Below, one piece after another: positions 43,680 through 53,479 of a stretch of 64,000 nt of DNA (its first letter is position 1; every line of letters begins with the position of its first letter). Both the position numbers and the translations under genes were made by a program. The notes beneath the pieces were generated by a model, which saw nothing but the letters and a program-made list of their open reading frames with translations, ran no database searches and was not told the DNA's origin. The stretch spans positions 383,764 to 447,763 of the IMG/VR virus record IMGVR_UViG_3300009545_000018; one strand, 5' to 3'.

Positions 43680-46600
43680 ATGTTTGATGTAAATGATCCA
43701 CATTGCTTAATTTGTAATAGACAATGTCGTGCTTTTATAGAAAACTTTTACTCCTGTGATCTTATGCCAGCTCATTATTTTTCAATAATGATCAAAGATA
43801 ATGTAATTAAACATATTCAAATTAGATTGGAAAATTTTTGCGCAACTTCCAATTATTCTTTGAATAAAACTTTTATTTGGAAGCATTGTGATAATAATTT
43901 AAATTGTTCCAAAATTATTATGTCTCCGGCAATGGAATTTGATTTTAATAATTATATTAAGATGTTAAATAAATTGAAAACCATAATTAATTTTAGTTGA
44001 TAATGTTACATATAAAAGTGATATTAAAACAAATGCCAATTAATTGTCCAATATGTAATGGACCCTTAGTCAATAACTTTAAAGAATATCCCAAAGGTAA
44101 TACATATGCAATGGATAAAAATTGTTTTCAAGCCAGCCATTACTTTTATTGTGCTTCTACAAAAGGTAAGGAAGATGAAGTTGCTTTTATTTGTATCGGA
44201 CTTGATCCATATAAAAAAGTAACGGCAAATTGGTTAGTCTTAGAAAAGAAATTATATATTTATGGTAATGAGTCTACCAATAATCGAAAAAATATCTCAG
44301 AAGTAAAAACGACATATATTCCATATGTTGAACCAGATTTTTCGGATCCTTTTAAATTAATTGACAAAATAAGATTATATTGTAAATTAATATAATCGTG
44401 TTATATGTCCATCATATGGATGATACTTTGCTGTGTCCTATCTGTGGCAGCAAGATGAGAAACCTTATTATGAATGATAAGTTTTGTTATCAAATTGGTA
44501 AAGTTCTCTCTTACATAGAGAGATCTTGTCATAATAAAGTAAATCATTATGTTCAAATGATTGTAGACAAGAGTTCTAAAAAAGTTTTTTGTGTAAAACT
44601 TCCTTTGAATCCACAATATTCTAAAACAATAGAAATAAATTTCTATAAAAGTGAATGTATTTTAAATCTTCTTAAAGATAAAATAAGTTATACTTTAAAT
44701 ATTCCTAAAATAATTGTGCCTGACTTTCCAAATCTAATTAAATTGAAACAACAAGTTAACTTATATTCTCTATTTTCATGAGGTGATATATATAAAGTAT
44801 GATAAATTGTCAAGTCTGCGGACAAAATCTAGTGAGATCAGGCAATGCAGAAATATATACTTGTATGTCTTCTTTCCATTGGATTGAAACTTATAATAAA
44901 TATATAGAATATAAACACTTTGCTTGTCATTTTAAAGATAGTAAAATATTATATAAGGTTGTAACAATCTATCCATATTGTTTCAAAATGTTTTATGAAG
45001 ATAATAAAACTAGAATATCTAAATCCATTGTCAGGTCTGAAATTAAGAAAAATGGTAAAGAGACCGCTTACTCTTCTGAAGAAGTTAATATTTTAGAAAT
45101 TGATTCTATCATAGAATTTCCTTGGTCTAATAAAGATCAAGTGCTTGATAAATTAAAATTATATTCTATCTTTTCATGAACTATCAATGTCATTATTGTA
45201 ATAAAAATTTAGAAAGAACCTCAACTGTTACATTGTCTTGTATTGGAACAGGAAATTACATTATTAAATGTTTAAATTGTTTTAAAACTAAAATAAAATT
45301 TAAGGATTATAATATTTTTGATGTAATTCTAGTTGGTAATAATTATAGTTGTCTAAAATTTTCTAATAGTTTTGATAGTAATAAAAGTTGTATAGAGGTA
45401 AATTCTTCCGAACATTTATATTTAAATAAGTGTTTATCTTATGAAGATTGTATATTAATCTTTAAAAAATTTAACAAAATATCTGCTTTCTTATGATTTG
45501 TCCTATTTGTAACTATAATTTATCTAAAAGTGACCTTCATGAAGGCGTCTTTATTTGTCAACAAGAAAAGAAAGTAAAACATATTTTTATGTGTTATTTT
45601 TCTTTATCTGAACCAGATATTCTAGAAGATTATTATATAGAAGTTTCTTCTCTTAATTTAAATATTGATGGTTACCCCACTGACAATGAAACTCATATAA
45701 CTTTTAATAAGAATACAATAATTTTCTCATATATAGATTATTGTGACGCCTTAGAACTCTTTAATAAAATAAAGAAAATGTATATATTTACTTAATTATG
45801 TTATGTCCCATCTGTAATAATCCATGTTCTCCTAAATTAACTACTAAAAATAATATTATTGGTGTATCTTGTGAAATAATTACAATTAGTAATTATTATC
45901 ATATATTTATTTATGCTTCTGAAGACAATTTTATGCTGGCAATATATTACACTACCCTTGAAGAAGAACAATTTATAATTGTTGGCTGTTACAATGATAG
46001 TAATTCTGTAAATTTTATTTTTTCTATAAAAAATAAAACCTTTTTAATACCACAATTTAATCCCTGTTCTTCTTTAGAAGTAATAGATAAATATTTAAAT
46101 ATGAAGGCATTTATATAATGTGTCCTATTTGTTTTGAACCTCATCCTTCTCATAAAGTTAGATTTAATCATAGGTTTGTTTATATAAATGACTTTCATTG
46201 GTCTCTTTCTATACATTATAAAAATACTACTATAGAAATTAGCAGAGAATGTCCTAGTAATGGTTTTAATTATAATTATTATGTTTATTTACAGATCGGC
46301 TCAAACGAATACCAATTACCAGAATTTGAATTGTGTAATACTTTAGAAGTATTAAATAAATTTATGAAAATTAAATCATTTGCATAATTATTTTTAATTG
46401 CTTTATCGATTATCATGATTATAGTAGTGCTGATATAAAATTTTCAATGCATTGTCCAATTTGTAATAAATTTATAACGCCTGACGCCGATGCCATCAGA
46501 GTATGTCGAGGTAATAATCCAGAGGGATTTCATCATTTTTATTTTGAAAACCCAACTAATTTTAGTTTATTTTTTGAAAATGTAGAACTCCATGCCCTTA

Positions 46601-47589
46601 ATAATAAATATACTTTTATAGTCGAAGAGCCCCGCCAAATAATAAAAATTAATTTAGATAAAATTGAATATTGTGAAATTATGGAAATTATAGATAGATA
46701 TATGAAAATGTTGGTTTTTTCATGAATTGTCCCATTTGTCAGCTATCTATGACACTTATTAAAATAAATAATAAAGATGAAAGATTTCGCTGTGAATCAA
46801 ATAAGCAACATTATTGTGTTTATTATTTAAATGGACTTACTTGGTGGGTGCAACATAATAACATGGAAATTGAATATGATCATCTATTTGGTTGTAGTTT
46901 AATTGTAAATGATGAATCAGGTATAGAACACTATTACAGAATAGATTATAATGTGTCTTTTCAAGATGCACCAAAACTTTTAAAATTGAAAGCTTTTTTA
47001 TGAATTGTCCAGTTTGTAATCAACCTATGATTTATGTAAAAGAAGATGAAGGTGGTCCGCAAACCTTTAATAGAAATAAATGTAACTATCGTCCTGACCA
47101 TGATACTAGGCATTATGATGATGGTGCCTGGTTTACAAAATTAAATAATATTCAAATAGGACATAATCTAGATGATCCTAATCTTTCCAACTTCTATGTA
47201 AGAATAATTGGCGAACATGAAACCTCCTTTTTAAATATTGATGCAATATCTTTTGAAGATAGTTATAATTATCTTATTAAATTTTCGAAATTGAAAGCCT
47301 TTCTATGAATTGCCCCATCTGTAACCATCAAATGGAAGAAAGATATAAATATTTAGCTCCCACAGGAATTTTCTTTAGATGTATCCAATTCTCACAACAG
47401 CATGATACCGTTTTTATTAACGAAAAAGAATGGACCGTTAGATATAACAGTATCATTTTGTTTACAATAAATAGTTTGTTTTATTTAAAATTTTCCACCA
47501 ATAGTCAAAGCATTAATATTCCCAATATTCCTTTTAATGAATCTTTTAAATGTATACAAAAATATCTTAAATTACAAAGCTTTACATGA
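43680..47589 (+). CDS. Tandem run of 12 small Zn-ribbon genes (starts 43680, ~44033, ~44416, 44799, 45176, 45493, 45798, 46118, 46447, 46722, 47000, 47305)
   Basis: M-x(0-2)-CPxC or related N-terminus, downstream C..H, variable beta middle, K-hydrophobic-x-x-F-x tail; ATGA/TAATG overlaps. Confidence 0.8.
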
Positions 47590-47642
47590 TCTGCCCCTTT
47601 AATATTCTGCAACGTTATATTAATTTATCAGCTTTCTTATGA
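47586..47642 (+). pseudogene. Mini-gene MICPFNILQRYINLSAFL (deleted array member)
   Basis: Keeps the family N-terminus and tail; ATGA overlaps on both sides. Confidence 0.6.
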
Positions 47643-48009
47643 TTATTCTTTATACTTTTCTCTTGTCTTTAATATTAGCAGCTTGGCTTACAGCTACCCC
47701 CAAATTACAGCTAATCCCAACTAAACATCTTCTTATATGTCCATTTTGTCTAAAACAATTGGATAAGTATGCTGTTATGTTTAGAGACTGTAATAATTTC
47801 CCTCCCCTGGAAAAATTAATCATGCTTTCTCTATGTTTGCAGAAAATTTCTATCTGATTGTTTATGCTGATGTTACTATTAAATTAGAAAAATATTATAA
47901 TTCATATTTTATCACAATCAATGATAAAATATTTACAATCCCTCCCTTCCAAGTGTGTAATAGTTTAGAGGTAATGCATAAATATTTAAAATTATTGCCC
48001 TTTTCTTAA
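47639..48009 (+). pseudogene. Frameshifted Zn-ribbon array member with N-terminal hydrophobic segment
   Basis: The CPFC frame stops at 47857; the -1 frame from TTTCCCTCCCCTGG continues to ...HKYLKLLPFS stop. Confidence 0.6.
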
Positions 48010-48053
48010 CAACATACAATATCTCGATCGCAACTTCCCTCGCGCATAAAATT

Positions 48054-49291
48054 ATGAAATGTCCCCTCTGTTATGATAGCTGTCAAACTCTCTATTCTAA
48101 TGAATTTAGATGTACTAAGTTTGATCATAGTTTCGTTTTTTCTCATCATGATTGGGCTCTCTATCATATACCATCGGATATAATTACTACAACTTATGGG
48201 CTATCGTATTATACCAGTAATAATATTATCTCCTTTGAAACGCTAAAATCCCCTGATGCTGCTATTAAAATTTTGTTAAAATTCTTAAAAATATCCGCCT
48301 TTGCCTAAAATGAATTGTCCCATTTGTCAAGCTAAACTTATAAAATATCTAAGAATCCATTAGAAGAATTGTCTTGCTATAAAATGAAAATTATCCCGTT
48401 TTCAGAGTGTTATCAAACGTTACAACGCTATATCAAGATGTCTGCCTTCCTATGAAAATTTGTCCCGTTTGTCATCAGCCACTAATAAAAGAAAAATTAG
48501 GTAGTCCCATATTTACTTCTTATTATTGTACCGAATTTGGTCATGTTGCTTCTTGGTCTTCTTCTAACAGTTGGTCATTATACTGCTATGTTAATGATTA
48601 TTTATATGCTATTATCGGCTCGGAAGATAAATGTAGTTTTATCACCTTTACTGATAATACAACAAAAGTAACAACAACGAATATTTATACTTCTTTTGAA
48701 GAGTCTTATCTGTCTATCCAACGAATGGTTAAATTATTAACTTTTATTTAAAATGAATTGCCCCCACTGTAATATAATGTGTTCTAAATCTGATCATACT
48801 TATGATTGTTTTAAAGATTTTAAACATACTTTTATCTTTTCTAACAAAAACTCTTGGTGGCTTATTATTAAATATGATAGTCTAATAGAATATCGTTTGG
48901 AAATTCATAATTCTCTTCCTACTTTTTATGTCTTTGCTAATCCTCCCTTTTCTATAGTCTTTGAATATGTAATACATGAACCCGTAATAGCAGCAAATGC
49001 TAAATCTATAATAGAAAAATATATTAATCATTATAATAAAATGAAAGCCTTTATATGAAAGAATTACCTGTTAAAAATGATAGTTATTTCTATAATGATA
49101 ATAATTGGTCTGTTTATTATGTTTTCTGTAATAAATATAAGGTAAGAATTTGCTGCATCTTAGAAAAATGTTATGTCCATATGTTGAATGAACAATACGT
49201 AACGGTAAAATGTATGCCAATTAATTCTTTAAAGTTTGATGATGCAGATTCTTTTGTTAATAGATATTTTAATTTAATGGCTTTTTATTAA
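48054..49291 (+). CDS. Last array genes (48054-48308, 48452-48751, 48753-49058, 49055-49291) plus remnant 48310-48455
   Basis: CPxC starts (absent in the last gene); tails KISAFA, KLLTFI, KMKAFI, NLMAFY; remnant ends KMSAFL. Confidence 0.75.
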
Positions 49292-49904
49292 AATATAATG
49301 TCATAGGATGCTGTCAAAGGGAGCAAAGTGTTAGAAAGTGGGAGGGTGTGGGAAGATAGCTGAATTAATGTCTTTTAATGTTTTGGCTGTCATTTGGGGT
49401 GGAATAGGATAGAAAGAGAAGATAAGTTATACTTTGATTTAGAAGGTTTAAGGAGGAAAGTAAGATTTTGGATTGGTTTGAACTGTATTATAGAGCTTAT
49501 AGATGGTTTGATGTGTTTAAAATAGCTGTAGACCGGGTCCCCAGCCGCCTCGGACCGTCAAACTCCCCACCTTTTCACTGCTGCTACAATACAGGGTTTG
49601 GCATACTCTCTGCATTATTCAATTAACATACCAATTATTCTTTTATAAGTCTTATTAATTAATTATACTTACATTACAATCATTTAATAAACATTATTAA
49701 TCATTTATGGCATCTTTCTTGCTTTCGCTGTTATTTTGCCTCACTGAACAGCTTTTCAGCCCTTTTAGTAGTCTTGGTACAGTAACTGCAAGATGCAAAG
49801 CCTATACCATGCCATAGCAGTCATTCCAGTTACACTGCACTTACCCATCTTTTAACGGTTAGTACCTGATTAATGTAGCGGGTAGCTGAGATAAGGAGAT
49901 TACT

Positions 49905-50096
49905 ATGGCACAATTCAAGATTTTGTCTCAAGTCAATGGTTCTTGGTTGGAGCAGGGGAAAGATCTCGGCGGTACTACTGTTATGAATCAAGCTGCTCAA
50001 TTGGAAAAGCAGGGATTGAATGTTCGAGTTTTCCGAACTGATATTCCCAAGTTCATTTATGAAACGGGAGCAGGATACCACGGAATCTGGTACTGA
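49905..50096 (+). CDS. First small gene of the motif block
   Basis: AAGGAG SD; follows motif 49844; ends before a terminator. Confidence 0.75.
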   Translation: MAQFKILSQVNGSWLEQGKDLGGTTVMNQAAQLEKQGLNVRVFRTDIPKFIYETGAGYHGIWY

Positions 50097-50102
50097 AAGA
50101 AT

Positions 50103-50130
50103 AAAGGAGCCTAAGGCTCCTTTTCTTTTT
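50103..50130 (+). terminator. Intrinsic terminator
   Basis: AAAGGAGCC-TAA-GGCTCCTTT with T tract. Confidence 0.85.
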
Positions 50131-50244
50131 ATCTTTGTGGTATAGGATTTGCTTATTGCAATTAATATACCAAGACTTTTTAGATAAAAGAGCTCTACCC
50201 ATCCTATAACGGAATCAAAGCAGCTATTGTAAGGTAGGTATCAT

Positions 50245-50616
50245 ATGGAATTCACCTATGAGAATGATGAAGGGGAAGACATTACAGTCACCTTCCCTAG
50301 TGTTAAGGTAGTTTGCCCAAGGTGTAAAGGGCACGGAACCCACCTTCACAATGATATTGGTAGCTATGCTTACAGCGTAGAAGAATTCCAAGATTCCTTT
50401 GATGAAGAAGAACAGGCAGAGTATTTTCGCCATGGTGGAAGATATGACGTTCTCTGCGAACGCTGTCACGGTAAAAACGTGGTGGATGAGATTGACGAAG
50501 AGAAGTGTCAGCAGGATCCGGCTTTGACAGAAGCCTGGCAAGCTTTTTGTCAGAAAGAAAAGGATGATGCTGATTATGAAAGACTCTGTGAATCAGAGCG
50601 GCGCTTTGGTTGCTGA
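50245..50616 (+). CDS. Acidic protein with CxxCxGxG Zn finger
   Basis: CPRCKGHG...CERCHGK. Confidence 0.75.
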   Translation: MEFTYENDEGEDITVTFPSVKVVCPRCKGHGTHLHNDIGSYAYSVEEFQDSFDEEEQAEYFRHGGRYDVLCERCHGKNVVDEIDEEKCQQDPALTEAWQAFCQKEKDDADYERLCESERRFGC

Positions 50617-50653
50617 TTGAGATCCCATCCTATAACGGATTACTGCTAATAGT

Positions 50654-53199
50654 ATGACAACCCTGCAGAATCTCAAGAAGCGTGACTTGTCTTTTGCTTA
50701 CCAGATTGCAGTGGCAGACTGGAAAAAACTTTCTGCTATGTGTTCTGGGCAGTCAGCTGACGATCTGGCTAATGGCTTTCATGGTAAGTCATTGGCTGGA
50801 GTGCTGTTTGATTCGGAATTGGCAGTGGATCAGATTGCAGCTAAGCTGGATCGGTTGAATCCTTAAGGGATTGAAAGGGAGGTTTACCTCCCTTTCTTTT
50901 TAATTGATGCTGGTATGCCGTTTGCATATTGCAATGTTCGAGCCAACCGTCATAAAGTTTGCTTTAAACTTGTTCCCATCTGATAACGGATAGATCCTAA
51001 TAGTATAGTTTTTCTGAGGGTTCTGACTAAAAGTAAAACCCTCCCCCTTTACGTTGCAAACAGTAACTGTAGTAGGCAATAAGCTTCCAGTTATATTGTA
51101 ACAAAGTTTGGCGGTATCTTAAAACCGCCACATTTTTTAATCCCATCATTTAACGGAAAGGTCTAAGTAATATGAATACTCTTTTTAAGTTGGTTGTTGT
51201 GATGTTGGCATTGTTTGCCGTGACTTTCTTGATTCAAACCTATGCCAATTCTTGGTTTCATCAAGTGGCATTCACGGCTCCTATCATTGGAACCATGAGC
51301 TATGCAGCTTGTACCATTGTGGCAGTAGGTTGTGTGTTGCTGTCAAAGCTGCATTGGGGCAAGTAATGTTAGGTTTCGTGGTGTTTTGCCTGGTAGGTTT
51401 TTTTACTGGGCATTGGGTAGTGGGTGGTATTATTGGAATTGTAGTATACGCCCTAAATAAGTAACTCCCATCAATAAACGGTTGAATGTTATTGATATGA
51501 CATATCATCCCAGTTACCGAGCAGTAGATTCTGTTGGTACTGAATGTGAAACTTTTGAACATGAGTATCAAGCGGTAGACTATTGGACTGGTGCTCCTAC
51601 TGGAATTGATATTCAATATTGGAATGGTTCTGAATGGGAAGAATATAATCCTAGGACTTTCACTAAAGATTAATTCCCATCAATTAACGGATTGTACCTA
51701 GTTATTGAGATGCAAAACCTAAAAGACCGATTGGAAAAGTTAGCAGATTCTTTTAAGGGTACTACCAATTCTTTTGGTAGGTTTACCGTCACCAATGTAG
51801 GTTGCGGGATTCTGAGAGTTGATGGTGAAGGTGTGCAGTATACTCCCGATGTAATATTGGGTTTTCTCAATCGACACGGCATTAAGTAATTCCCATCAAT
51901 AAACGGATTAGATCTATTAGAAAGGATAAAAAAGATGAAAGCATTCAATTGTTATATTGTCAAGCGCAAGGGCAAAGTCATCAAGGGTGAGAGTCGCAAG
52001 CTGCGCAATGCAGCCAAGCGACAACGTCAAGGTCGCTAAACCAAAAGAATGAGAGCTTAATTGTTCTCATTCTTTTTTAATTGGTCTTGGCATATGCTTT
52101 GCAACTTGCAATAAGCTTGCCAGGCGTTATATTTTTATATCCCATCTATTAACGGAAAGACATACTAAGTGGAGGCTGGTAATGTTCATTAAGATTAAAG
52201 CTTTGTTCAAGCTGTATGATCTGGGAATCATTAGCAGCGAACGTTTATCCGAAGCCTTGGTAAAGCTCTCCCCATCTGATAACGGATAAAGATTATTAAT
52301 TATGAATACTCTAGAATTCAGCCGAGCTTGCCGAACAGAGTTTGCTGCTTTGCCGGAAGCCTATCGTAATGACGATGTCTTGGAATTCTGGTTTGAGGGT
52401 GGGCTTTGGTATTGCCGCCCCAAACTATCAGAAGTAACAATTCTAGGAAACTGGGAATGTTATTATAGTGATGGTGTATGGGAGAATCAAGAAGCCCATC
52501 TTTAAACGGATGATAGGAGTCTAATATGAAAGCCAGGACTCAGTATCTGATTAATGTTTATGTCACGTTGAATAGTGCTGGTCGTAAGGATCAATTCCGC
52601 CGGGGTCGTTACAATGACCCGGAACACTCTGCCATAGCTTGGGGTGGGGTTCATGGTCCTCTTTTGGGCTGCGAACCTTCCGCTGAGGAATTGCAAGAAT
52701 TGGTAACAGAGGGTTACATTACAGTTAAGTCCAATGGCGCTGTAACTCCTACAGCTAAAGCTAAGGCGGCTAGGACTGGAAGCTTAGGCAGTATTAGTCC
52801 TTAATACCAATGAATAGTTTAGAGCCTAAAGAGACAGAAGATCAACGCAGAGCCCGATTAGCATCAAGAGAAGATCTAGCGTGTTTAGAGTGCCACCATA
52901 GGGTTTGCTTATACTTTTGCTCTAAGAGAGTTAAAAAGCGTCCCATCAAGTAACGGATTAGTGTATCTAATATGAAGTACCTAGATGAAAAGTCTGTTAC
53001 TGCAGTGCGTCGAACTAAGCCTCTAGCAGTTAGGACTAGGTCAGGATATGGGAGTAAACTTCCAACTGATATTATGCTGCAATTGAATAAGCGTTGGTAT
53101 CGGGTCTATGTGATGATCTATTCTAATGCTGGTTCGGCATATATCTTGCAAAAGGGAGAAAAGGTTTTGCTTGGGTCCTATGATCCTCAACCCATCTAA
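50654..53199 (+). CDS. Small motif-associated genes: 50654-50866, 51172-51366, 51366-51464, 51497-51673, 51710-51889, 51935-52039, 52182-52289, 52302-52505, 52526-52804, 52810-52953, 52972-53199
   Basis: Each starts just after a motif or is coupled to the previous gene; products unknown (two are hydrophobic). Confidence 0.65.
50873..50901 (+). terminator. Intrinsic terminator
   Basis: GAAAGGGAGG/CCTCCCTTTC with T tract. Confidence 0.85.
51005..51138 (+). ncRNA. Candidate small structured RNA
   Basis: ORF-free unit between motif 50975 and a terminator; stems GAGGGTT/AACCCTC, GTTGCAA/TTGTAAC, TAACTG/CAGTTA. Confidence 0.5.
51109..51138 (+). terminator. Intrinsic terminator
   Basis: TGGCGGT/ACCGCCA with T tract. 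Confidence 0.75.
52043..52078 (+). terminator. Intrinsic terminator
   Basis: AAAAGAATGAGAGC/GTTCTCATTCTTTT. Confidence 0.8.
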
Positions 53200-53210
53200 T
53201 AACGGATTCC

Positions 53211-53241
53211 AGGGGAGCTGTAATGGCTCCCTTTTCTTTTT
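53211..53241 (+). terminator. Intrinsic terminator
   Basis: GGGAGCT/GGCTCCC with T tract. Confidence 0.8.
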
Positions 53242-53330
53242 GGTGGGGTGGCAAGGCTTTTGCATATTGCAAGGCTCGTGCCACGCCCCAATAACAACCC
53301 ATCTATTAACGGATTAATAGGTATTATGTA

Positions 53331-53446
53331 TCCGATTGGTTGGCACCTTTTTAGTTAGTAGTGAAACATAATTCATTAGCTTTCACTGGCAATTAATGAA
53401 TTATGTTCTGACTAAAACTAAGGTTCGATTCCTTAGAGTCGGGCTA
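53331..53446 (+). ncRNA. tRNA-like RNA with greatly extended central arm
   Basis: CCGATT/AGTCGG acceptor-like stem, TAAGG-TTCGATT-CCTTA T-arm, long central stem. Confidence 0.55.
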
Positions 53447-53479
53447 ATTCCCATCTAATAACGGTAGAATATAATTAAT

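Noticed and set aside
18659-46437. TGATATA upstream of several genes (18659, 22596, 44784, 46431; minus strand 27972) as a phage promoter
   Set aside because: A short AT-rich word expected often by chance, with inconsistent distance to the start codons.
1-49291. Active TAG or TGA stop-codon recoding
   Set aside because: Conserved genes (nrdA, thyA, prfB, fibres) are full length in code 11 with no in-frame stops; some genes appear to end in TAG (33489, 60564).
39866-49291. Diversity-generating retroelement as the source of array variation
   Set aside because: No reverse transcriptase and no template/variable repeat pair with adenine-specific differences was seen.
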